64,000 nt of DNA from Eledone cirrhosa (Eukaryota): positions 103,168,001-103,232,000 of the forward strand of contig OZ024740.1 in NCBI GenBank assembly GCA_964016885.1. Direction: 5' to 3'. The translations under genes and the position numbers were made by a program. The notes beneath the pieces were generated by a model. That model ran no database searches. It saw nothing but the letters and a program-made list of their open reading frames with translations, and was not told where the DNA came from. Numbering within the stretch: position 1 is the stretch's first letter; every line of letters starts with the position of its first letter. Shown piece after piece: positions 39,160-50,704 of the stretch.

Positions 39160-39476
39160 ATATACCTTCCTGCCAGATGATTGAACGTCTGAAAGTATAT
39201 ACTTTCCTTATGCATATTAACGGCTGAGCAGCCTAATTTGCATATCGAGTGAGTTAATTGGCCGGGCGCACCGAAAACGATTAACGGAAAAAATGAAACG
39301 AGTTTCATTTCTCACTCTTAGTACAGCTGTTACTTCGTTTCATTTTTTCCGTTTATCGTTTTCGGTGCGCCCGGCCAATTAACTCACTCGATATGCAAAT
39401 TAGGCTGCTCAGCCGTTAATATGCATAAGGAAAGTATATACTTTCAGACGTTCAATCATCTGGCAGGAAGGTATAT

Positions 39477-39515
39477 GGTGCTGACGATAGCTAATAAGCT
39501 TGAAACTAGTACATC
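39477..39515 (+). ncRNA. Minimal type-I hammerhead ribozyme
   Basis: ggtg CTGACGA t-agct-aata-agct-t GAAA c-ta-GTA catc; stem I extendable by aggaa/ttcct. Confidence 0.8.
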
Positions 39516-39845
39516 GTTCCTTTGTAAGTGTTGAACAAAAGGGTAACGATGGTTGCTAAACACTGTACGGCTTAATTTCGGATGTTTGTTTACAAACACA
39601 CAGAGCATTATAATAAATGTTCGGTAAATCCATACGTACATATATATATGTGTGCATGTATGTATATATATACATACTACTGTACGTCTGTATACATATA
39701 TGTATGTACGTATACATACTTATATTTAAGTAAGAGCTATACTATGAGTGAGAAATGAAACTTTGTTTCATTTTTTCCGTTTATATATATATATATATAT
39801 ATCTGTATGTATGTATGTATGTATGTATGTATGTATGTATATATA

Positions 39846-39879
<34 letters not shown>

Positions 39880-39881
<2 letters not shown>

Positions 39882-40232
39882 GTTAGAGCATTGGCCTTGC
39901 AATCGAAAGGTTGTGAGTTCAATTCTCAGACTGGGTGATGTGTTGTTTCCTTGAGTAAGACACTTTATTTCACATTGCTCCAGTTTACTCAGCTTGAAAT
40001 GAGATGATAGGACTGGGGTCCTTATCATTCCACTGCAAAGTGGTCGTGGAGGTGCCACGGCAAAAAAGCACGTGTAGACGCCACGGAAAAAAAAAGCACC
40101 CACCACTCACTGTAAACGAGGTTGGTGTTAGGCAGGGCATCCAGCTGTAGAAATCAAGCCAGAATCAGTTCCCGTCCCACCCTTAGACGCAGGGAAAAGC
40201 AGATGTAAAATGATGATGATGATGATGATGAT
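39880..40232 (+). mobile_element. SINE family A copy
   Basis: B-box GAGTTCAATTC, core and (ATG)n tail. Confidence 0.88.
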
Positions 40233-40949
40233 ATATAGGGCGATTGTTTTTTTAAAAACCACATGTGCTTTTCGTCATTATTCCCTGATCTGCTTTTAGT
40301 GTGTAATCATAGAAATCTTCTCCTTTGCCACTGATCCAAGATAAGACATCTGTGATTCACCGATTAATGGTGAAATATATTTCTTCAATGGAATATATAG
40401 AAAGGAGATTAATCATTATTGCAAGGTATCCATATTCAAGGTTCTTGTTAAATTTTAATGTTACCTCCGTAACTATGTGTGTTTACACTCTTTACAAATT
40501 ATCCCCTGTAATTGTTTGATATGTTTATTTTATATATATATATATGTCATTCAACTTTTAATTTAATTTAATATATATATATATAGAGAGAGATAGATTG
40601 AAAGTCTGAGGTGGTGAGACCGGAGAGACTACATATCAGGATAGTTCTCTGTGAATGAGAAGGAGCAGAATGGGTATAAAGGAGAGTATGAACCTGGCCA
40701 TGATGTCTGGGGGTTTTGGCATGTATGTAGCAAGCCTTTTCAAGGGTATACTCTTGGGAAGGTTTGCTATGTACAAGCCAAAACCACTAGACATCGCAGT
40801 CGATTTTATATCTTCCTTTAAAGAGAGATACATATATACATATATCTCTCTATATATATGTATATATGTATATGTATATGTATATTTTTAGGTTTATGTA
40901 TATATGCACAACAAATGTATATGCACAATAAATTTTCCTGTATTTGCAG

Positions 40950-41024
40950 AAATTCAAAGTTGTAGAATGGCCTAAAGAAAAATATGGTTCCTTCTATGAG
41001 GGTGACTCCTACATCGTCTTGAAT
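40950..41024 (+). CDS. Gelsolin/severin-like protein, internal exon A
   Basis: ttgcag|..|gtgagt; KFKVVEWPKEKYGSFYEGDSYIVLN (gelsolin domain 1 motif FYxGDSYIVL). Confidence 0.93.
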
Positions 41025-41179
41025 GTGAGTATATATATTGATATGAATTTCTGGTTTTGTGAACTGATCATTTCAGTTATAGTGTTATGTAAGTGTATTT
41101 AGAAATGACTACTATATGACTGAGACTGTTCCATTTGTTTGAAATCATCAGTCATTTTCAAATGTAATATATATATATA

Positions 41180-42870
41180 TCATCATCATCATCATCATCA
41201 TCATTTTACGTCCACTTTTCCCTACTTGCAAGGGTGGGACGGGTCTTATTCAGCACAGCATCTCTCCACTCGTCACGGTCCTTCGTCATCTCCACCGTGA
41301 GCTTCAATGATCTGAGGTCTGTTCTCACCACCTCCGCCCATGTTTTTCGTGGTCTACCTCTGCCACAACTTCCTCCAACTAGCATTTCCTGGCACTTCTT
41401 CACCCATCGGTCATCCTCCATGCGCATCACATGTCCATACCACCTCAGTCTCCTCTCCCGTACACTACATTCTATCCCTCTCAGACACAGTTTCTCTCTC
41501 AACACATTTATGCTGGGTCGTTCACGCACATTTACACTGCACATCCAACGGAGCATGCTTGCCTCATTTCTCTCCAGCCGTCGCATATCCTCTGCAGTTG
41601 CTGCCCATGTCTCACTACCATGCAGCATCGCGCTCCTCACACAGGCATCATACAACCGGCTTTTCGTATGCAGGGAGAAACCCTTCTTCGTCAACAGAGG
41701 AAGCAGCTCCCTAAACTTCTTCCAACCCGTCCTTATTCTAGATACTATGGCCTCGGAACACCCTCCTCCCATGCTAATCTGATCTCCTAGGTACCGGAAG
41801 CTATCCACCACTTCTATAGCGCCCTCCTGCATTTAAAAAATGTGTCTATCAATGCGACTTCTACTGTCTACGTATTTCCCTGTACATCTACTGCATACAT
41901 ATTTCTCCCTACCTGTTAGTTTGCCTGCTATCCCGCTACATCTCTTGTGTACCCAGGATCTGCATTGTGTGCATTTTATAGAATTTATGCCAGTTCCTTT
42001 TCTGCATATCGAACATGGCCATTTCCCTGACAGAATCAGGGTTTTGTCCTCTTTTCTACTCATCAACACTTTTGTCTTAGCTAGATTCACTCTCAGTCCT
42101 CTTGCTTCCAACTGCTGTTTCCATAGCCAGAATTTATTCTCTAGCTCCTCTACTGATTCTGCTATAAGAACCAGATCGTCAGCATAGATAAGTTCCCATG
42201 GACAGCCAGTCTTAAACTCCTGTTATGGCTTGGAGGACTATAATGAACAAGAGCGGGCTGAGGACTGAACCCTGATGTACTCCTACTTGTATCTGGAATT
42301 CCTCACTAAACTCCATTCCTACCCTGACTTTACTGAGAGTACCTCTGTACAAAGTTTGCACTGTCCTCACAAGCCATTCCTCAACACCTAGCTTCCTTAG
42401 GGACCACCAGATGACAGATCGGGGTACCCTATCAAAGGCCTTCTCTAGGTCAACAAAGGCTAAGTATAGTGGCTTATTCTTCTCTAAGAACCTCTCTTGC
42501 AATTGTCTCACCAAGAAGAGGGCATCTGTTGTACTCTTCCCAGGCACAAAACCAAACTGCATCTCATCTAGTTTGACCCTTTCTCTAATTAGTTGTGCTA
42601 TAATCCTTTCTGCCACTTTCATAACCTGATCTATCAGTTTTATACCCCTATAATTGCTCCTCTCCAGAGCATCCCCTTTACCTTTGTAGCAATTTATGAG
42701 AATACTGCTGCACCAGTTTTTGGGTATGACACCACCATATATAGCCTGATTGATGATGCGTGCAACCAGTTTAGTGCTTACGTCCCCTGATGCCTTCAGC
42801 ATCTCAGCAACTATTCCCGATGGTCCGGCAGCCTTACCATTTTTCATTTCCCTAATCGCCTCTTGGACCC
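41180..42870 (-). mobile_element. PHD-finger RTE LINE, 5'-truncated, relatively young
   Basis: Long ORFs 42212-42870, 41833-42111 and 41206-41832, broken only by a frameshift near 42215 and a stop at 41833. WPCSICRKG..CTQCRSWVHKRC; (ATG)n tail. Confidence 0.95.
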
Positions 42871-42874
42871 TATA

Positions 42875-43270
42875 TATATATATATACTCTTTTACTTGTT
42901 CCAGCTGACTGGCTGAGGCCATGCTGGATCACTGCCATTTTCACTCTACATTCTATAGCCAGCTGCCCTTATTTGTTCTTCATCTCATGCTGTGGGATCT
43001 TGGTTAGCAGAATGTTGAGATATTTCTTGAAAACATCTATATTCATACTATGTAAATCTCTCAGATTTTTTGGCAACTTATTTAAGAGCTGGGGGCCTTT
43101 GAACTCCAGGTTATTGCACTATCTGGTCTTACTCTATATGTGAAAGATGGGACCCTTTGGCACTACACAGTGACATTCTGTTTGATGGCTGGTTCAACTC
43201 TCAATACCAAAGTTTGGTGCTAGTTCTATATCTCTCTCATCTTCGTTCCAAGAAGTAGAGCTTTAGTTCT
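42875..43270 (-). mobile_element. CR1/L2-group LINE 3' fragment
   Basis: Homologous to 7590-8035. Confidence 0.75.
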
Positions 43271-43498
43271 GAGCCACAATAAAATGCACCTGATAGAGCC
43301 CATCTGAGAGGTCTGTAGCCCCCTCCAACTCTTGCTAGCAAAGAAAACAGATGTTAAATGATGATGATGATGATGATATTGATGTATGTTTTATAAATTA
43401 ACTATCACCTCTCCACATTGCAGAATCTTATACTTGTTACTGTTGTTGTTATTGTTGTTATTGCATTGTTTCCTCTTGAATTATTCCTTCCACTGCAG

Positions 43499-43570
43499 AC
43501 CTATCTCGAAGAAAATGGTGATCGACTTAATTATGATGTACACTTCTGGATTGGTAAATTGAGCACTCAG
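43499..43570 (+). CDS. Gelsolin-like exon B
   Basis: ctgcag|..cag|gtgacc; TYLEENGDRLNYDVHFWIGKLSTQ; phase 0/0. Confidence 0.93.
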
Positions 43571-44404
43571 GTGACCTTGTCATTCTTCCTCCTTCTCTCC
43601 CTCTTTCTCTCTGTCTCATTTCTCCCTAACCCTTTCTCTTTCTTCTTTGTCTCTCTCTCTCTCCAATATATTTATCTAGAAACAACAGCTTCAGCCTGAT
43701 GACATCTGTTTCCTCCATACCTTTAATTGGAGCATGCTAAATGTTGTTTTACTGGGAGGGTTAAGGTATGGTTTTAAAGGATGTGTTTGAATGAATTAGC
43801 TTTTTTTAGCTACTTTCACAAACACTGAAAGTAACCTGACCTTTTGATGAACCTAAATACTCACACACACACATCAAAAATACGATTTGGACCATTATTA
43901 TGACTAGTAAAAGAATTTTCTGTTTCAACCAAGTTAATTCAATTGAATCCTGACCTGTTGAACCCCACTTCTACCTCCACTACTGTACCTTTATAACGAA
44001 TATATATAAGAAGACATTTTAACATATATTCAAACTGCTCACAGAAAAAACTTAAGACTGTCATACCAAATGAAATCAGTAATATTTGACAAAATTTTAA
44101 TCCACTTAGTGTAACAATTATAAAAGTATTCATTCTGTCAGATTAAAGAAAAAATAATCTTTAAATATACTTTTGTGCTATTTTACCTTTACTTATTACC
44201 TATATATTTCTTTCTCTTTCTCTCTCTCTCTCTCATTTACTTACACTATATTCCACTCACATAAGTAATACCACGTGTTAACATTTTACATTCTAATCAG
44301 AGCATGCCAAACTTTAAAATTAAATAAAATTTCTCTGGTGTCACTCAATTTCATATGCACCACATAACCTAACTCATACTCATCCCTTATATATCCATAC
44401 CTTC

Positions 44405-47400
44405 TGTAGCCAGAGGCATTCGGACTTACCTTGCATCTCTCTGGTCCATGTAGGGGTACTTTCCATTCACGTCCGTCACCTCGCAGGGCGTATAACTAAG
44501 AGGCCTCTGTTGACCGCCTGGTACCTCAAGTCGCCCCGTCCTCCTGCTTCCAGTTAGGCGTCCCCCAACTTCTGGCAATCCCCCTCCCACAGAACCTCTA
44601 CACCCTCCTCTATCTCGCGGAAACCCCACATGCCACCTTGATCTCAGGGATCAATCCCCCCCCTCCCTCACACTGCTCCATCTCAAAATCCGCCACCACC
44701 TAGGTTGGTGGCGGCTCCGTTGCGATATCCGCACTGTTGGGGCGGCACTTTCAATTTCCTTTTCCTCGGAGTTCGTCACCACAACGACTCTACGGACGTC
44801 CAAGACGTGACATGGCATTCCGTCCACAGACACGTTGTTTTGGGAATTTACGGCGGTTACCATTCCCTTTCCCCATTGAGATGTACAACGCGCGTTCGGG
44901 GGCTTGACTCATACCTCTTCGCCCACTGTACGAATCCGCTCTCTCTCTCTCCACTGGCTGTTGTGGAACTGTGCACGGTTGTCGCCATTCATATCTGTAT
45001 ATTGCTCTGTGCGGTACCGACTCCTCGGCCTGTCCCACCCACAGAGACATGTTGTACCAGAACACTGCCTCCGTTGGCGAAATGTACCCCTTTCCGCCAT
45101 GGCCTTCATCGTGCGATGATGTCTCTCCACGATCCCATTTCTGCTCGGCCTGTATGCCCCTCTGAAGAAGCGGTTCACCTTCCCCTTGTCAAGCATTTCC
45201 CTCAGTGCCTCCGAGTGAAATGCCATGCTGTTGTCCATCAGCAGTTCATCCACAGGGCCCCGCTCCAAGAATATCTCTCTCAGTGTCCGCACAATTTCCT
45301 CTGCAGTCCCTGTCTTCATTTCCCTCCATATCGCCATCCACCCCAATCCTACAATCGACCATCGAAAGATACGTTCCCTGTCAATAGTGTGTCACGTCCA
45401 CCGCTAATCGCTTCCAGTTGTGCTCCACCAGGATGCTTCCTGTCTCGTGCATACTTGAGGCAGGGTCGATAGACTGGCATCTGTCGCAACGTCTGACCAC
45501 TCTCTGAACACTCTGTCTGCTAACATCAGAGTCGATTCTTCTGGCTAGGAACAGGGTCCTATCCACCCCCATGTGGTGCATGGCATACAGTCCCCTCAAC
45601 TCCGAATCACTCAGCTGACACACTGCCGCTATCCCCTTCTCTGCGTCCCCTGGCATTTCAATCCGGGCTTTCTTCATCCTGGTTAATACGTCTGCCCTGT
45701 TTTTCTCTGAGGGCACAAAAACTACACTCAACTCCAGGCCAAACTCAGTGGACAGCTCTCCCAGAGTTCCCAGGCGGCGCTTTATCAACATTTATGCTGC
45801 CCCTCTTGTTCGCACCCTCCTCTTACTGGTAAGCACTGATCTCACCCATCCGAGTACAGTGGCCGAGTCAGTGCGGATTTCTATGATGCGCCACCCCCAT
45901 CTCAGGACGAGATTCACCCCTCTCAGCACAGCATCCAGTTCGGCCACGTTGATGTGGTTGTAGTCCTCCTTCTTCCTGAGCCAGGCTGCATCCTCGACCT
46001 CGATGCCCCCTATCTCCAGAGTGGCCCCTAGTGCTATGCTGCTGGCATCACACCCTACAGTCCAGCTCTCCGATTTGGGGATGTACCAGCATCCTTGCAC
46101 TGGGTCATCCACCTTTACCCTCTCCACGATTTCCTGCATCATGGCCACCGTCCTCTCTCCAATCCTGTCAGCCCAGCTCACTCTGTCTGCTCATCTCTTG
46201 ACATAGCTACATGCCGTCCGGAGCCACCCTGCGATCGGATAATGGCCCACCAATTTACCACACATTGAGAAGAGTTCCCGTCTATTCATATCGGGGCTCA
46301 GTTCCAGGACTTTGTTACCCCTCCGAAACACGAGTGTGCCCGTCTTATCCCTTTGCAACCTGAGTCCTAACGCGGCTCCTCCTTCCAACGCCTCCAGCGG
46401 TTTCGCGGTCAGCCTGAACCTTCCCAAGTGGCCTGAGACTTCTGCTGCTGACACCACCATCTTGTCCACCAAGATGTTATCGATGTAGGAGTTGGTGGCC
46501 CTCTTCACCTTCTCCACTTTCCCCAGAATGGCCTTGAGGACCGTCACCATGATTTTTGGCACAGAGTTCAACCCGAAGCCAAGCCTTCTCATCCACATGT
46601 AACTGCAGATATGCCGACTTTAAGTCAACAATCATGGAGGCCCCCGTAATTCATCTCCACTCTCGCAAAGTTTCCCCGCAAACATCTGTGACCTCACCGC
46701 CTGTGTGGCATGACACATATTCGTCATCAAAGTCCAGCATCAGACTAACCTTGTTCTTTGTGGGCTGCACCACTGCCATTAGCAACAACACTCCACACTT
46801 CACCTCCACCTTCCAAAGAAGCAGTATACCCTCCTCAATCCATCTCTGTACCCCTCTCTCAAACTCGCTTCTGGCATTTCCTTTCAGGGTATGCTGATAG
46901 CAACCCACTCTTCTTCAACGTTGGTGAATCTCCCTTCCAGTACCACTCAACTACCCACCGCTGCCCATCGAACACCGCCCTGAAATCCTTGTCCTGTATG
47001 ATATTTTCTTCGTGGATTCTCCCAGCATACTCACAGCACGTGATGTCCTCTCGCTACCAAACGTCACCCCGACTTCACTCATTGTAACACTTCCAAGGCA
47101 GCCACTCATGTCCATACCCATTACTACATCGATTCCATCCACCACCTGGTCAATCACAATCGCCTGAAGCCTAATTTTTCTTCCCTGTACCACCATCGAC
47201 ACCTCGCTGGTACTTCTGCATCTAATCTCCCTGCCGTCAAGTGCCCTTATACTGCTCACCCGCTCCACTTTTTAACCCCCTCCGTGGTCACTAGTGTTGT
47301 CATGCAACCCATGTCCACGAGTGCTCGTGAGGGCTTCCCTTCCACCAAATCTTCCACTACCGGCAGCGACTGCAAAGGCGCCTCTACTTGCTTCAAGGGG

Positions 47401-48529
47401 TGGCTTCCGGCACAGTAGCCCCCCTTATACCATTTCCCTGGTCGCAATTATTAGCGATGTAGCCTGGTCACTTGCAGCGATAGCAGACTATAGCTGGCTT
47501 CGGCTCTCTGCAGTCCCTTGCCGTGTGCGAGCTCTGGCACCTGAAGCACCAGCCTCCAAACGCACGCAGACGACTATTCACAGCGGCTGGTCTCCTTTTG
47601 TCATACGTCGGTCACTGTCGACTGCCATGGGCTTCCGTCGCTGGCAGCGCTGCAACACTCCACCTCGTGTCCTGTGCAATGAGCTCACTCATGCTCATCT
47701 CCCTGTTGCCGTGTAGTTGTTGGAGCTTCACGGCGATTTCGTCGGGGAACCCGTTCATAAAAGCCAACCACACGGCGCATTTGTGTTCTACCGCGAATCC
47801 GGCCAACGTAGCCAACTGCCGTAAATATGTCGCGAACATGTCCGCGTGTTCTCCCTGCCATCTCGCTCTGCCTAGTTTGGCAAAAGCAGCGTACAGCCCC
47901 TCAGTGAACGCTTCCTTAAGTCGCTGCCCTATCCTCTCCGCGTTCAGTTGGTCTATCTCGTCCATCTCAAGGTACAGTGCTAGGGCATCCTCATCGAGAT
48001 ATAGAGCAATCAAACCATCAACGTTGTCAATGCCTTGCAGTGAGGTGACCAATGTGACCTTTCTCAACCAGGCCACAACATCTCCTTCACCGTTAAAAGC
48101 CTTGATCGTCTCGCTATTCAATCTCAGTTTCGCTGCCATCTCCCCTGCGAGATCGGAAAGAAATCAACGATACCCCACGAAAAAGAACAAAAAAAAAAAA
48201 TAAATAAATAAAAAAAGGTAAACTAAAGGGCTGCCGTGCCGGGAGTAAGAATGCTGAAAGATGGGAAATTTCATTAAACGCCGAAATAGCTTGTAGCCGG
48301 AGGCATTCGGACTTACCTTGCATCTCTCTGGTCCACGTGGGGGTACTTTCCACTTGCGTCTGTCTTCACATGTATGTCACCTCGCAGAGTGTATAGTTAA
48401 GACGTCTCTGTTGACCGCCTGGTCCCTCGAGTCACCCCCGTCCTGCTTCCAGTCAGGCGTCCCCATACTTCCGGCAATCCCCCTCCCATGGCAGCTCTAC
48501 ACCCCCCTCTATCTCACGGCAACCCCACA
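44405..48529 (-). mobile_element. Gypsy-like LTR retrotransposon, full length but decayed
   Basis: LTRs 44405-44631 and 48292-48529 (TG..CA), TSD CCTTC. Minus-strand gag (47612-48139), protease ALVDMGC, RT SYIDNILV, RNase H GCDAS, integrase HHMG..CDRC, LAVDVTH, MDN, NGIVER, in PR-RT-RH-INT order. Confidence 0.95.
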
Positions 48530-48584
48530 CCTTCATTTAACTTCATACTGCCACTCAAGTGTGCATGTGTATTCTATACTGCAG

Positions 48585-48712
48585 GATGAGTATGGTACAG
48601 CAGCTTACAAAACTGTGGAGTTGGACACTTTCTTAGATGATATGCCTATCCAACATCGAGAGGTACAAGAACATGAATCAGACCTCTTCAAGAGTTACTT
48701 TAAGAATATAAC
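48585..48712 (+). CDS. Gelsolin-like exon C
   Basis: ctgcag|..ac|gtaagt; [42 protein letters not shown](T); phase 0/2. Confidence 0.95.
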
Positions 48713-49449
48713 GTAAGTAAGATTTCTTTAAAATATTATAGCTCCATAGTCCTTTTACACTGTCACACACACACTCTCTTACATACCTATCTTAACCCTT
48801 GTATGGTGTCTTGGTAGTAATAAAATAAGCACCAGTCAAGTACTTGGGTTGATAAAATCAACTGTTCCCTTCCCCACAAACACCTATATTAGAAATTATT
48901 TTCAGGTGGTGGATTGGTAGAATCATTTGAGTGCTAGACAAAAGACCTACATTCAGAGTTCAAATATAATCAATATCATATTTTCCTTTTATCCTTGAGG
49001 GTCAGTAAAGTAAGTGTCAGCTAAGTATTGGATCAAATCCTATTAGGATCAACTTTACCTTTCATCCTTACAAGGTTGATAAGACAAAGTATCAACTGCT
49101 CCTTCTCTCCAAAATTTTAAGATTTCATGCCTGTATTAGAAATTATTGTTATTGGAAATGGTGGTAAAGTAGTTGTAAATGGTAGAGGGCTAAACTAAAT
49201 GCCTTGCTTCCAAAATTGATGACCCTATGCTAAAGTTAATGTAAAAAGTTGTAAAGAACCAAACTAAATGCCTTACTGTATTTAGTTTTAGGTTTTAGAT
49301 TTTGAGATCAAATCCTATGAAACCTAACTTTGCTTTTCATTTTCTGAGATTGATAAATAAAGACACCAACATTTGCCCCTGTCCCTCATTAAAAGTAACT
49401 TGTTATAATTACTATTATCTTTCTTTGTTCATATTACATTTTTTTAAAG

Positions 49450-49557
49450 GATTTTAAAGGTGGAGTAGACTCAGGATTCCGAACTGTCACAGAGGAGACC
49501 TATCAAAGCAGACTCCTACATTTCTGTGGTACAAGGAAGTGCCTTGAAATCAAAGAG
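49450..49557 (+). CDS. Gelsolin-like exon D (1-nt frameshift at 5' end as given)
   Basis: tttttaaag|..gag|gttagt; KGGVDSGFRTVTEETYQSRLLHFCGTRKCLEIKE. One base short of the frame required by exon C. Confidence 0.85.
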
Positions 49558-49845
49558 GTTAGTAGAGTATTTTACACTTTGCTTTGTTCCTGTGTCTATA
49601 ACCAGTGGTCTAATCTACTTAGCTAAGAAGTAGGTACCACTGTCTTGTATAGTTGTCTGTACTGTATCATTGACCAACATATTTAACTGTTAACATACTC
49701 TAGTCTACATTCATATATATGTATATATATAAAACATTATATGGCCTTGTGCCAAATGTAGAAACAATTATATATATATATGTGTGTGTGTATATATATA
49801 TATGTATTTGTGTTGGAGCTCTGAAATAGCGATGTGTATATGAAT

Positions 49846-50180
49846 GTACGTATTGTATATTTTATAATATACTGTATGTTTATTTAAAAACATTTTGAAG
49901 GCCTTTTGCTATCAATTTATGGTAGTGACTATGATGAGTTTAAACAGCTCCTAAACATAATTGGTATTCTATAAGAATCCAGCTTCTACAGCTCACAGCA
50001 AAAACAGAGTGGTATATAACCTTGATAACCAACTAAACAGCGAGAAACACGTCGGTTATTCCCCTTTGTTTTTGCTGAAGCTAGGTATGTGCGATGGTCA
50101 CTACCGTAAATTCATAGCGAAAGGCCTTCAAAATATTTGAAAATAAACCTGCAGTATATTATTAAATATACATTACGTAC
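49846..50180 (+). repeat. Hairpin element with nested degenerate hammerhead (50016-50059)
   Basis: Inverted arms ~49846-49930 / ~50096-50180. Inner stem cagcaaaaacagag/ctttgtttttgctg, then ataacc TTGATAA..GAAAC acGTC ggttat. Confidence 0.6.
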
Positions 50181-50206
50181 ATATATATGTATATATATAT
50201 ATATAT

Positions 50207-50590
50207 ATCATCATCATCATTATCACCGTTTTACGTCGATTCTTCCACGCTAGCATGGGTTAGACGGGTTGTCCTGTTGTGGGCAATGTTAGGTCGGTTG
50301 ACCTTGTCTTGCTCATACAGGAACTGATTTTGACTTGGTTTCTACAGCCGGATGCCCTTCCGCACACCAACCTCATTTACAGTGAGTGATGGGTACTTTT
50401 TTACCGTGGCATCTACACGGCCACATTACAGTGTGGGCTGGGTGCTTTTTTGTCATGACACCTCCACGACCACATTGCAGTGGGAGGATGGAGGCATATT
50501 GTCAATATGCTTCGGCTTCGGCTAGTTCCCATGGGAAGTCGGGTCTTCTGTATTACTGCATGATGCCAGAGATCACGGGCCTGTGTCGTC
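50207..50590 (-). mobile_element. RTE 3' end plus SINE-like tail module
   Basis: Reverse complement of ~53040-53418 (DLWHHAVIQKTRLPMGTS). Confidence 0.8.
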
Positions 50591-50704
50591 GCCGTTGACA
50601 GGTGCATATATATATATTATATATATATATATATTATATATATATATATATTATATATATATATTATATATATATATTATATATATATTATATATATACA
50701 CACA

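Larger units (their letters stand above)
38940..39784. repeat. ~790-bp palindrome from a hammerhead-bearing non-coding repeat
   Basis: Left arm ~38940-39301 is the near-perfect reverse complement of ~39335-39725. 39764-39784 directly repeats 39337-39356. Confidence 0.92.

Noticed and set aside
42212-42922. Novel N-terminus fused to RT (MASASQLEQVKEYIYIY)
   Set aside because: Chance read-through from a CR1 3'UTR and its (TA)n tail into a truncated RTE.
48318-48584. LTR-derived N-terminal extension of gelsolin exon C
   Set aside because: There is a good acceptor at 48584 in the correct phase; the upstream open frame is incidental.
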